A stretch of 64,000 bases of DNA from Coriobacteriales bacterium (GCA_031264075.1 JAISEO010000099.1:13666-77665), one strand, 5' to 3'; counted from the first letter of the stretch, positions 35,711 through 44,018 are shown. The notes: generated by a model from the sequence alone, not told the origin. Program-made: numbers and translations.

Positions 35711-36562
35711 ATGGCTGAGAAGATTGGCAACACGCCACCTCTGGGAGCGGCCTCGGCGGCACTCGACTTTACGGGCAAGGTGGCCTTTATTACGGGTGCC
35801 GCCTCCGGACAGGGGCGCGAGGTAGCCCTGGAGTTTGCCCGCGCGGGAGCCGATATCGTAGCCCTGGATCTTGGCAGGGCGCCGGAATACCCTCATATCG
35901 TCAACGTACCCGATGACGCACTCACGAGCCTCGGGCACCAGATAGAGGCCCTGGGGCGCAGGATGGTGCTCGGCGTGGCAGACGTGCGCGACAGTGCGGG
36001 CGTGCAGGGGGTGGTCGATACTGCTCTGACCACACTGGGCGGCATAGACATCCTCTTCAACAACGCCGGGGTGCTGGGCTACGCGGAGGTGGACAGCATG
36101 TCAGATGAAGCCCTCAACGCCACCATCGACATCAACCTCAAGGGCCCGATGATCGTCACCCGCGCCGTGGTGCCCGCCCTCAAGGCGGCTGGCAGAGGGG
36201 TCATCATCAACAACTCCTCCATCATGGGGCTCAGAGGGGGGCGTCGTCTCTCACACTATGTGGCGTCCAAATGGGGGCTCGTGGGGCTCACCAAGAGCTG
36301 GGCGCTTGAGTTGGCACCGTTCAATATCCGCGTGGTGAGCATCCACCCGACAGGTGTCAACACCCAGATGAACGATAGCCTTGCCGCAATGGAGGGCAGC
36401 ACGGCTGAGGAGATAGCCGAGCGCAGTGCGGGCAACCTCATTGCGGTGCCCTGGGTGGAAACCGAGGACGTGGCGGCGCTCGTGCTCTGGCTGGCCAGCA
36501 GCAAGGCCCGCTACATAACCGGAGGCCAGTATGTGCTTGACGCCGGCCTGCTCAGCGTCTAG
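35711..36562 (+). CDS. SDR family oxidoreductase
   Basis: GKVAFITGAASGQGRE cofactor motif, NNAG, and catalytic YVASK. Confidence 0.92.
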   Translation: MAEKIGNTPPLGAASAALDFTGKVAFITGAASGQGREVALEFARAGADIVALDLGRAPEYPHIVNVPDDALTSLGHQIEALGRRMVLGVADVRDSAGVQGVVDTALTTLGGIDILFNNAGVLGYAEVDSMSDEALNATIDINLKGPMIVTRAVVPALKAAGRGVIINNSSIMGLRGGRRLSHYVASKWGLVGLTKSWALELAPFNIRVVSIHPTGVNTQMNDSLAAMEGSTAEEIAERSAGNLIAVPWVETEDVAALVLWLASSKARYITGGQYVLDAGLLSV

Positions 36563-36575
36563 AAAGGGAGGGGAC

Positions 36576-38015
36576 ATGCCTGCAAGCACACCCAAACACG
36601 ATCAGAATCAGGATAGACAACCCGACCGTCTGCGACTCAGAGAGAAGATAGGTTATCTCTGCCAGGACGGTTCCATGGAGCTGTATCTGCAGTTCATGGG
36701 CCTCTACCTGCTGGTCTTCTATACCGATGTCTGCGGCATCCCCCCTTCCCTGGCAGGCACCCTCGTACTCGTCTGTACCATCTGGAACGCCGTTAACGAC
36801 CCACTGGTGGGTTGGCTGGTGGATAACCTGCGTTTCAAGGGAGGGGAGAAGATTCGCCCCATCCTCAAATACATGACGCTCCCCTCGGCGCTGTTTGTCA
36901 TCCTGCTGTTTTGGATGCCCGCACTGGAGCCTGCTCAGGCCTTTGCCTATGGCCTCGTGATGTATTGTGTCATGGACTCCTTCATGACCTTTCTGGGCAT
37001 CCCCTATGTCTCGCTTCCTTCGGTGCTTACCGATAAGGCCGACGAGCGGGTGTCGCTCGGCACCTTTGCGAGCCTGGGAGCGAGCTTGGGTGCCATCATC
37101 GCCTCTGCCTGCGCGGTACTCCTGATGCGCGCCTTTGGTGGGGTGGACGCTGCTGGCAATATCTTGAACCAACAGGCGGGCTTTCGTGGCGCGGCCATCG
37201 TCTTGATGGTGATATTCGCACTCTGCCAGTTCTTCATGTACGTGGTTGGTCGGGAACGGGTACGCCCGCAGCACACCGGCAAGCAGCGCGTCGGTTTCTT
37301 CAAGGCATTTGGTATTCTGCTGACTGAACGCAACTTCATGATGATCGTGGGCTATAACATCTTCTGGACCTTCTCACTCTCCGCCTCACTCAATACGGTG
37401 GCCTACTATGGCAAGTATGTGCTGTACACACCCGGCGCCGAAGGCATCCTCGCGCCCATACTCATAGGGATGGCCGTGTTGGTACTGCCCTTTGTGCGCC
37501 TCATCAACCGCAAGGCGCGCCGGCGAGGGTTGTTGGTAACCGCGGCCACGGCGATGCTTGTTTCGCGCGTGCCCTTGCTCATCGCGCCCACCAGCTTCGT
37601 GGCCGCAGCCGTGGCCGCTGGCCTCATGGGCATTGCCATGGGATGCTCGGTCGTGGCCATCAACACCAACCTCAATGAGGCTATAGAGATAACCGAATGG
37701 CGCCGGGGCCTCAGGCTGGAGGGTACCGTCAACGCGCTCCGCGGGCTGTTCCTCAAGCTCGTCACCGCCGTTATCGGTTTTGCCCTGGGACAGGCCATGG
37801 CCTGGGGCGGCTACATCGCTCCCACCGAGACGGTTCTGGCACCGACACAGAATGAGACGACCCAGTTTGTCTTCACCTTCTTCTTTGCGTACTTTCCCCT
37901 GATAACAGCCGTGGGCATGTTGATCTTCGCGCTCCTCAACCCCACCGACCGTGATGCCGCCGCCATGCGCGCCGCCAAGGCCGAGGCTTCATGTGAGAAC
38001 GAGGGGATGAAATGA
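36576..38015 (+). CDS. MFS transporter of the glycoside-pentoside-hexuronide (GPH):cation symporter type
   Basis: LREKIGYLCQDGSMELYLQFMGLYLLVFYTDVCGIPPSLAGTLVLVCTIWNAVNDPLVGWLVDN is the GPH N-terminal signature. GGGAGGGG RBS before the ATG at 36576. Confidence 0.86.
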   Translation: MPASTPKHDQNQDRQPDRLRLREKIGYLCQDGSMELYLQFMGLYLLVFYTDVCGIPPSLAGTLVLVCTIWNAVNDPLVGWLVDNLRFKGGEKIRPILKYMTLPSALFVILLFWMPALEPAQAFAYGLVMYCVMDSFMTFLGIPYVSLPSVLTDKADERVSLGTFASLGASLGAIIASACAVLLMRAFGGVDAAGNILNQQAGFRGAAIVLMVIFALCQFFMYVVGRERVRPQHTGKQRVGFFKAFGILLTERNFMMIVGYNIFWTFSLSASLNTVAYYGKYVLYTPGAEGILAPILIGMAVLVLPFVRLINRKARRRGLLVTAATAMLVSRVPLLIAPTSFVAAAVAAGLMGIAMGCSVVAINTNLNEAIEITEWRRGLRLEGTVNALRGLFLKLVTAVIGFALGQAMAWGGYIAPTETVLAPTQNETTQFVFTFFFAYFPLITAVGMLIFALLNPTDRDAAAMRAAKAEASCENEGMK

Positions 38016-38017
38016 CC

Positions 38018-38069
38018 AATCGCCGTATGCGACCCCCCCCCCCCCCCGAGACAAGTCGCATACGGCGAT
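38018..38069. terminator. Perfect 15-bp hairpin with a C16 homopolymer, between convergent genes (possible bidirectional terminator)
   Basis: ATCGCCGTATGCGAC (38018-38032) pairs with GTCGCATACGGCGAT (38055-38069). An uninterrupted C run spans 38032-38047. There is no U-tract on either strand. Confidence 0.5.
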
Positions 38070-38086
38070 GAAACCTTACTACTCCC

Positions 38087-39781
38087 CTACTTGCCCTGTG
38101 CCTCGGCGACGTGCTTGGCCACCATGCGGCCGGAGTTCAAGGCCCAGGAACTCTGCTCGCCGGGAGCCGAGGTAAAGTCGTAGATATCGCCGCAGAGCGC
38201 TCCCGTGTCGCAGCCGGCAACGTACAACCCCTCGATAACGTCTCCGTTGTCGTCCACGGCCAGGATGTCCTCGTTGATGCGCATGCCGCCCACCGTTGTG
38301 TAGAAGCCATCGTCGCACTCAAAGGCGTAGAAGGGGCCCTCGGTCAACGCTTTCATAAAGCTTGCGTTCTTCTGAAAGTCCGCATCCGCGCCGGCAGAGC
38401 ACAGCTGGTTGTAGCGCTCGACCGTCGCCTTGAGGTTGACCGCGCCGGTAGCGCTTGCCAGCTCGTCCAGGGTCTCAGCAACGTGGACGCGTTCGTTACC
38501 GGCAGCTATCTGCGCCTCCAGCATTGCCTTGAACTCTCCCAGCGGGCCGGAGCCGCCCGCGCCGTTGTCATTGCCCTGATAGCCGCCTTCAGCCGTGAGC
38601 CGGTCTATCTCGGACTGATTGCTCAGCACAAACATCCGCGGAATATCGCGAATGGCGCTGCCAACCTCCATCTGATTGGCGCCGCCCTCATTCATGAAGC
38701 GGTTGCCGTTCTGGTCGACCCAGAGCACCGGCTGGTAGACACCGTTATAGAGGTTGTCGCCCCAGGTGGCACCCGGCAGATGCGGGCCGTAGAACATGAT
38801 GGTGCCGTCGCCACGGGCCCAGGCCGCTCCGGCCTTGCGCGCCATGTAGACCCCATCGCCGTCGCGTCCGTCATAACCGGAGGAGATGACGCGGTCTGGG
38901 TTCACCTTGCCCAGCTCTCGCAGGAAGTCCGGATTACTGCCCCAACCACCGGTACACAGCAGCACGGCGGGAGCCTCAAACTTGATGACCTTGCCCGAAT
39001 CGTCCGTGGCCAGCACACCCGCGACCCTGCCGTTTTCCACCACCAACTCCTGTGCGGGAGTGCTGTAGCGGATGTCCAGACCGCGCTTCTCCACCTCAGC
39101 GACGAAGGCCTCGATGACGGTCTTGCCGCCCAGGGTGCCATCCTCACTGCCCATACTCATGCCCTCCGCGCCATAGGCCAGAGCCATGCTGAAGGGCATC
39201 TCCACACCATACGGGGCATCTCCAAAGAAGCCACCCATGTCCATGAACTCGACGCCGACGCTCTCGCACCACGTCACGGTCTCGGGTATTTCCTCAAGGT
39301 AATTCTTCAACAGCAACGTCGAGGGAATGTAGTGGTTATAGACCTGGATGGACTTGATGACATCGTTGAGGTCCACATGCTTGCCGGCATCGGTGGCAAA
39401 GTGGCTGTTGGGAGCAAAGGAAACCCCCGCAAAGGCAAAGGTGCCGCCGGCGACCTGTTTCTTCTCCAACAGGATGGTATTGAGTCCGAGGTCGTCGGCC
39501 TGTAGTAGTGCTGCCATGCCACAGCCACCGGCACCGCAGACGATGAAGTCGGCCTGGACGGTCTCTTCCGGTTCGCCGACCGCTGGGCGGTTCATGTAGC
39601 TGGGCTGGGAGGCATCGGTGCCCGTGGTAGCCGCTTCTCCGCTGCTGCCTGTGGCCGCCGGCTCGTTTGCGCTCTGCGGTGAGCAGCCCGCAAGCGCGCC
39701 CGCGCCGCTCGCACCAATGACAAGCGCGCCCGCGCCGATGCCGGCTCCCTTTAGAAAGTTCCTTCTCGATAGTTCGCTCAT
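38087..39781 (-). CDS. Tat-exported FAD-dependent flavoprotein reductase (fumarate reductase / urocanate reductase / KstD-like), lipoprotein-type leader
   Basis: MSELSRRNFLKGAGIGAGALVIGASGAGALAGCS leader. FAD site VCGAGGCGMAAL. C-terminal ...GLYVAGCDTG.... Start chosen at 39781 (GAGAGGA RBS); the ORF is open to 39814. Confidence 0.88.
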   Translation of the reverse strand: MSELSRRNFLKGAGIGAGALVIGASGAGALAGCSPQSANEPAATGSSGEAATTGTDASQPSYMNRPAVGEPEETVQADFIVCGAGGCGMAALLQADDLGLNTILLEKKQVAGGTFAFAGVSFAPNSHFATDAGKHVDLNDVIKSIQVYNHYIPSTLLLKNYLEEIPETVTWCESVGVEFMDMGGFFGDAPYGVEMPFSMALAYGAEGMSMGSEDGTLGGKTVIEAFVAEVEKRGLDIRYSTPAQELVVENGRVAGVLATDDSGKVIKFEAPAVLLCTGGWGSNPDFLRELGKVNPDRVISSGYDGRDGDGVYMARKAGAAWARGDGTIMFYGPHLPGATWGDNLYNGVYQPVLWVDQNGNRFMNEGGANQMEVGSAIRDIPRMFVLSNQSEIDRLTAEGGYQGNDNGAGGSGPLGEFKAMLEAQIAAGNERVHVAETLDELASATGAVNLKATVERYNQLCSAGADADFQKNASFMKALTEGPFYAFECDDGFYTTVGGMRINEDILAVDDNGDVIEGLYVAGCDTGALCGDIYDFTSAPGEQSSWALNSGRMVAKHVAEAQGK

Positions 39782-40007
39782 GCTAATTCCTCTCTGTGTT
39801 GTTTTCCCTTTCATGGTGTTAGCTTGTAATCCCTACTCCTCTCGGTTCCTCGTGTCCTGCCTGTGTTTAGGATTGAGGGCAGGTTCAGGGCAAAGAAGCA
39901 TGACTCTTTCCGTCATGCTCTCTCCGTCCTTCAACGATACGTGCAACACGGCATTCTGTCTGTCATCGAAAGGCCTCATTCCTTCAATGCCCTGTCGTCC
40001 AAAGGTA

Positions 40008-40028
40008 TGATTTCCGGGTGATTTCCGG
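40008..40028 (+). promoter_or_regulatory. Tandem direct repeat in the divergent flavoprotein/LuxR intergenic region (candidate regulator site)
   Basis: TGATTTCCGG occurs at 40008-40017 and again at 40019-40028 (11-bp period). This is about 40-90 nt upstream of the candidate LuxR starts. Confidence 0.35.
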
Positions 40029-40064
40029 ATAATCAGCCAAAACCGACAGTACGGGAAGAGGGGC

Positions 40065-41432
40065 GTGCAGCTGTTATGTTATAAAGAGACGGAGAAGAGA
40101 GAAGGAGCGGTTGCTTTGAGACGGAGAGCCTTTGTACCAATCAGCGGCCTGGCTGCCAGCCTGTTCGTTATCTTGGGCGGGGCTCCGCTTCTCGTGCCCG
40201 CGCTTGGGGAGCTTGGCCTGTTAGGTTGGCCTGCACTGGTCGCGGGTATCGTCTTTATACTGATAGCGTCGGCGGTCGGGAGCAGGTGGATAAGCTCACT
40301 CGGTTCGCTGAACGAACGAGACACCTTGACAGTCCTCTCCCTCTCATGTTTGATTGCAGCCTGCCTGAGCCTCGTTTTTGTGCTGCTTCCCTCCCCTTTC
40401 TCACTGATTTTTCTCGTGCTGTTGCTGGCATTCTCGCTGCTTGTTCCGAGGAATGCCCCGGCTGTTCATAACGCCGAAGCATCCCCCATAGGCGCCCCAG
40501 CACCCCCTACAGATACTCCCGCTACTGAGAAGCATGAGGCCGTAGTGGGAGAGACTCCTGCCAAGGAGAGCCTGGGAGCCCAACTCCGTGGAATGCTGGG
40601 CCGAAACTGGGTGGTCTTCGGGGGGCTTTTGCTCTGCGTGACGATACAGGCAGGTGTCTGGAGCGACTACCTCATAACCAATCCCGGTGTCGGCGACCTG
40701 GCACCGCAGGATTTTTTCTACAGCGCGCTTGGCTTGCTGCTCGGAGCCTGTGCCACGCTGGTAGCAGCACGCCTGCTCAAAGACGCTGCGCTTCCGCTTC
40801 TCTATCTCATTGCCCCGCTCATCTGTGTGGCCTTCCTGGTCATCATCTGGTTCTTTGGCGACTGGATAATCGACATTGGGCTGTTCTCATTCTTCCCCTT
40901 TGGCTTCTCACTGGCTGTCTGCGGCATCCTGCATGTCACACGCCTCAGCCGCGAAGTGCGCAGGGGGCTCAGGGCTGTGCTGGTAGGAGGGGTATTCATC
41001 GTCATCACCTTGCTGGTGTTTGTAGCCTGGTTTGCAATCTTTCCGTTGATAGGCTGGACAGCAGGCAGTGTCGTCGATCTGATAGTGAAGATCAGCTTTC
41101 TGGTGGCGGTATCCGTGCAGACCATCGTAGTGGGGCAACGTCGTCCAACCGTCTCCTCACAGGCTAACAACCGACAGCCCAACAGCACTCGCGTTGAAAT
41201 CAGCGGAACGCTGCTCACCGACATCTGCACGGAAATCAGCGGCCGCTTTGCCCTCTCGCCCCGCGAGAGCGAGATTCTCCTGTATCTGATCCAGGGGCGT
41301 AGCGCCAGCTATATCGCCGAGCGACAATTCGTCACCACCAGTACCATCAAAACCCATACGCAGCGTATCTTCAAAAAGACCGGCGTCCACTCCAAGCAGG
41401 AGCTGCTCGACCTGGTATATCAACGGGAATAA
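40065..41432 (+). CDS. LuxR-family transcriptional regulator with large polytopic membrane N-domain
   Basis: C-terminal HTH LSPRESEILLYLIQGRSASYIAERQFVTTSTIKTHTQRIFKKTGVHSKQEL. The preceding ~380 aa are mostly hydrophobic helices. The TTG at 40116 has the better RBS (GAAGGAG, 8-nt spacing). Confidence 0.85.
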   Translation: MQLLCYKETEKREGAVALRRRAFVPISGLAASLFVILGGAPLLVPALGELGLLGWPALVAGIVFILIASAVGSRWISSLGSLNERDTLTVLSLSCLIAACLSLVFVLLPSPFSLIFLVLLLAFSLLVPRNAPAVHNAEASPIGAPAPPTDTPATEKHEAVVGETPAKESLGAQLRGMLGRNWVVFGGLLLCVTIQAGVWSDYLITNPGVGDLAPQDFFYSALGLLLGACATLVAARLLKDAALPLLYLIAPLICVAFLVIIWFFGDWIIDIGLFSFFPFGFSLAVCGILHVTRLSREVRRGLRAVLVGGVFIVITLLVFVAWFAIFPLIGWTAGSVVDLIVKISFLVAVSVQTIVVGQRRPTVSSQANNRQPNSTRVEISGTLLTDICTEISGRFALSPRESEILLYLIQGRSASYIAERQFVTTSTIKTHTQRIFKKTGVHSKQELLDLVYQRE

Positions 41433-41433
41433 G

Positions 41434-41580
41434 CAGCCCATCGAGGGGCTTTACGCTGTGGGCAACTGCTCCGGCAGCAGGTACGCCGCGACCTACCCCG
41501 AACTGTTCATCGGCAACGCCAATGGCTGTACCATTGCCCAGGCGCATCACGCGGTATTGCATATGCTTGGCGAGGTGTAG
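41434..41580 (+). pseudogene. 3'-terminal remnant of a second flavoprotein reductase gene
   Basis: Hand translation gives QPIEGLYAVGNCSGSRYAATYPELFIGNANGCTIAQAHHAVLHMLGEV*. It parallels the C-terminus of the 38087-39781 protein (VIEGLYVAGCDTGALCG...GRMVAKHVAEA). It begins 2 nt after the LuxR stop and has no start codon. Confidence 0.55.
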
Positions 41581-41601
41581 CCATGCCATTCACTATTGAG
41601 C

Positions 41602-41662
41602 GAACGCACTCACCAAAAGTGTTGGAATCTGGTGAGTGCGTTCACGCAAAAAGGCTTTTGCG
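41602..41662 (+). terminator. Two adjacent hairpins downstream of the flavoprotein remnant
   Basis: GAACGCACTCACC (41602-41614) pairs with GGTGAGTGCGTTC (41631-41643). This is followed by CGCAAAA-aggc-TTTTGCG (41645-41662). Confidence 0.45.
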
Positions 41663-41881
41663 AATGACTCCCCTCCCACCACAAAACCATCTGTGGCTTG
41701 TCTTTGCAGTTGTCATAGAACTGCGTGCTTTATACTTACGAATACGGTTATCAATATCTGTAGACGCACAATGAGGAAGCTGCCGACGCCAGACACTGAG
41801 AGATTGCATCCTCACAATCGATGTCCGCGCAACCAGCACCCGATTGTCTGCCGACTCGACATACATCTGATAGGAACAGGA

Positions 41882-42478
41882 ATGAACCGCAAGGGAACAG
41901 TTACACTCGAAACCAAGCGGCTGCTGCTCAGGCAGTTTGCGCTCGAAGACGCGGCGGCTGTCTTTCGCAACTATGCGTGCGACCCGGAGGTTACGAAGTA
42001 CCTGATATGGCCACCGCACAAAAGCGTCAGGATGTCGGAGGCATGGTGTGCGCTGAACGTCAACAGCTATACCGACGCTACCTACTACAGCTGGACCATC
42101 GTGTTGAAGGAGCTTGGCGAGCCCATCGGAGGCATCAGCGTTGTTGAGCAGGATGCCAGGGCACAGGTGGCCCGGATCGGCTACTGCATCGGCAGGGCCT
42201 GGTGGCATCAAGGCTACACTACTGAGGCCCTCAAGACCGTTGTGGCCTTCCTCTTTGATGAGGTGGGTTTCAACCGCATCGAATCCGACCATGACCCGCG
42301 CAATCCCAATTCCGGCAAAGTGATGGAGGGGGCCGGGCTCACCTACGAGGGAACCCACCGCCAGGCCGATTGGAGCAATCAGGGCATCTGCGACAGCATG
42401 GTGTACGCGCTTCTCAAAGAGGATTATCACAGCAGCGGTAACAGTTTGGAGCATGGGGTAAGGGTTCAGGATACTTAA
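41882..42478 (+). CDS. GNAT family N-acetyltransferase (RimJ/RimL-like)
   Basis: TLETKRLLLRQFALEDAAAVFRNYACDPEVTKYL...IGYCIGRAWWHQGYTTEALKTVVAFLFDEVGFNRIESDHDPRNPNSGKVMEGAGLTYEG. Start chosen at 41882; the upstream ORF extension has no homology-like features. Confidence 0.88.
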   Translation: MNRKGTVTLETKRLLLRQFALEDAAAVFRNYACDPEVTKYLIWPPHKSVRMSEAWCALNVNSYTDATYYSWTIVLKELGEPIGGISVVEQDARAQVARIGYCIGRAWWHQGYTTEALKTVVAFLFDEVGFNRIESDHDPRNPNSGKVMEGAGLTYEGTHRQADWSNQGICDSMVYALLKEDYHSSGNSLEHGVRVQDT

Positions 42479-42753
42479 AGAAGGTCGTCGTGTTTACCTG
42501 TTCTGACGAGCGTTAAAACTATATTTTGCCTGTCTGTTCGGTAGATGACGAGCCAATCCTTTTCTACATGAATCTCTCGATAACCTTTCCAATTGCCCTT
42601 CAGAGCATGATCTTTGTATTTTCTGAGCAAGCTTTCTTTGTCCTGTGCAGCAAGCGTTCTGATAGCCTCATCCAGCTTGGTCATGGCGAAGTGCTTTTTC
42701 TTCAGCTGCTTGTAGTCGCTTTCAAATGCAGGAGTATATGCTATTTCAAGCAT
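42475..42753 (-). CDS. yafQ: Type II toxin, YafQ/RelE-family mRNA interferase
   Basis: 92 aa; ...FESDYKQLKKKH...KYKDHALKGNWKGYREIHVEKDWLVIYR...LVRTGKH... is the YafQ pattern. 8-nt overlap with dinJ. Confidence 0.88.
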   Translation of the reverse strand: MLEIAYTPAFESDYKQLKKKHFAMTKLDEAIRTLAAQDKESLLRKYKDHALKGNWKGYREIHVEKDWLVIYRTDRQNIVLTLVRTGKHDDLL

Positions 42754-43018
42754 TGAGGCTCACCAATAACTCTTCAACATTACTGAACCGCTTGACATTG
42801 CCCTCTTCCACATCCCTTCGCGCCTGAGCGTTGATAGGATTCTCAAGTCTTGGTCTGAATGGGAGGCCTCTGTCTCTCACGCTCTGCTCAAGAAAAACGG
42901 TAACAGCGGTAGTGAGACTCATTCCCAAACTACCAAAGAGCTGGCCTGCCTCCGCTTTCAGCGATTCATCAACACGTATATTCAATCTGGTATCACTCAT
43001 AATAATCTCCTTTACCAC
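42746..43018 (-). CDS. dinJ: Type II antitoxin, DinJ/RelB family
   Basis: ...TRLNIRVDESLKAEAGQLFGSLGMSLTTAVTVFLEQSVRDRGLPF is the DinJ ribbon-helix-helix signature. Confidence 0.88.
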   Translation of the reverse strand: MVKEIIMSDTRLNIRVDESLKAEAGQLFGSLGMSLTTAVTVFLEQSVRDRGLPFRPRLENPINAQARRDVEEGNVKRFSNVEELLVSLNA

Positions 43019-43047
43019 GTTCGTATCTCGTTTGTCATAGTAGCTAA

Positions 43048-43081
43048 AATTTATCCCAATGTCAATCCATTGGGATAAATT
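43048..43081 (-). promoter_or_regulatory. Candidate dinJ-yafQ operator: 14-bp arms, 6-nt spacer
   Basis: AATTTATCCCAATG-tcaatc-CATTGGGATAAATT lies 30-63 nt upstream of the dinJ ATG. The RhuM-like ORF terminates inside it. Confidence 0.55.
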
Positions 43082-43442
43082 CCTTCAATGTCTGCGTCGC
43101 CCACTGCCTGAACCGCGTCGCTTTCTTTGAGTTGACGCGATAGCCTACTGCGATAATCATATCAAGGCTGTAAAACTCCGGGGTGCGGTTGACCTCGCGC
43201 TCGCCTTCTTTTTGAACCAGTGCAATTTTTGCACTTGTTGCCTCTCGATCAAGTTCTTCCTCATCATAGACATTGTTGATATGTTTCGTGACCACGCTTC
43301 GCTCTGCGCTAAAGAGCTCAGCAATGGCCTTTTGCGTCATCCAAAACGTCTCATCCCTGAAAACGACATCGACATAAACGTTGGCGTCGCCGATGGCGTA
43401 GAGTGCGATTCTTCCTTCACTTACGCTAACAATATTGTTCAA
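43062..43442 (-). pseudogene. Truncated RhuM-family gene (N-terminal ~125 codons only)
   Basis: ...VVFRDETFWMTQKAIAELFSAERSVVTKHINNVYDEEEL...VNRTPEFYSLDMIIAVGYRVNSKKATRFRQWATQTLKEF matches the N-terminal third of RhuM proteins, which are about 330 aa as I recall. It ends abruptly in the dinJ operator and has a TTG start. Confidence 0.65.
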
Positions 43443-43449
43443 GGTTACC

Positions 43450-43503
43450 TCCCTGCGCTTTCAGCGCTTCATCAACGCGTAGAGTACATCTGGTATCACT
43501 CAT
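43450..43503 (-). pseudogene. Remnant of a second dinJ-like antitoxin gene (first ~17 codons)
   Basis: MSDTRCTLRVDEALKAQGG... vs DinJ MSDTRLNIRVDESLKAEAG. The frame then runs into the RhuM-like start and stops at 43426. Confidence 0.55.
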
Positions 43504-43552
43504 GGCAAACTTCCTTACAGCATTCGTATCTCTCCTGCTATAGTGGGTAAAG

Positions 43553-43587
43553 TATATCCCATTGCCAGTTCTTTGGGATATATCCCA
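43553..43587 (-). promoter_or_regulatory. Second copy of the dinJ-type operator
   Basis: TATATCCCA (43553-43561) pairs with TGGGATATA (43574-43582), and TGGGATATATCCCA (43574-43587) is itself a palindrome. The half-sites are related to those at 43048-43081. Confidence 0.45.
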
Positions 43588-43627
43588 AACTATGCCCATC
43601 TTTGAAAAACGAGGAGCGAGATTCACC

Positions 43628-43879
43628 ATGAAATCTGAGCTTGAACAGATCCCCGGCATTGGACCTAATATGGCAGAACATCTGATTGCCGCCGGCTTTC
43701 CTACGGTTGAATCCCTCAAGGGGCAGGACCCTGAGGAGGTCTACCTGCGCGACTGTGCGACTCAAGGGTGCGAGGTTGATCGCTGCGCCCTCTACGCCTA
43801 TCGCCTCGCCGTCTGCTATGCGGAGAGCGGCGGCAAGCTGCCGCCGGACAAGGCAAACTGGTGGGACTGGAAGGACTGA
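43628..43879 (+). CDS. Small helix-hairpin-helix protein ('pathogenicity locus'/Cdd1-like)
   Basis: MKSELEQIPGIGPNMAEHLIAAGFPTVESLKGQDPEEVY... contains an HhH motif. GAGGAG lies upstream. The ORF is open from 43562. Confidence 0.55.
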   Translation: MKSELEQIPGIGPNMAEHLIAAGFPTVESLKGQDPEEVYLRDCATQGCEVDRCALYAYRLAVCYAESGGKLPPDKANWWDWKD

Positions 43880-44018
43880 GCCCATGCTAAATGAGAGAAG
43901 TGCTGGAGAAATACTGGCGGCGGGTTGAGGCGTAACGCTTGTATCACGCAGACATTTTGCTCGCAATGTACACAGCCAGGCGCGGTATACTATACATAAC
44001 AGAAAGGCAGGTGGTTCC

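Noticed and set aside
38032-38047. C16 tract considered as a phase-variation switch for a gene.
   Set aside because: It lies downstream of the stop codons of both flanking convergent genes and upstream of no ORF, so it cannot shift a frame or change promoter spacing. It is kept only as a structural or assembly curiosity.
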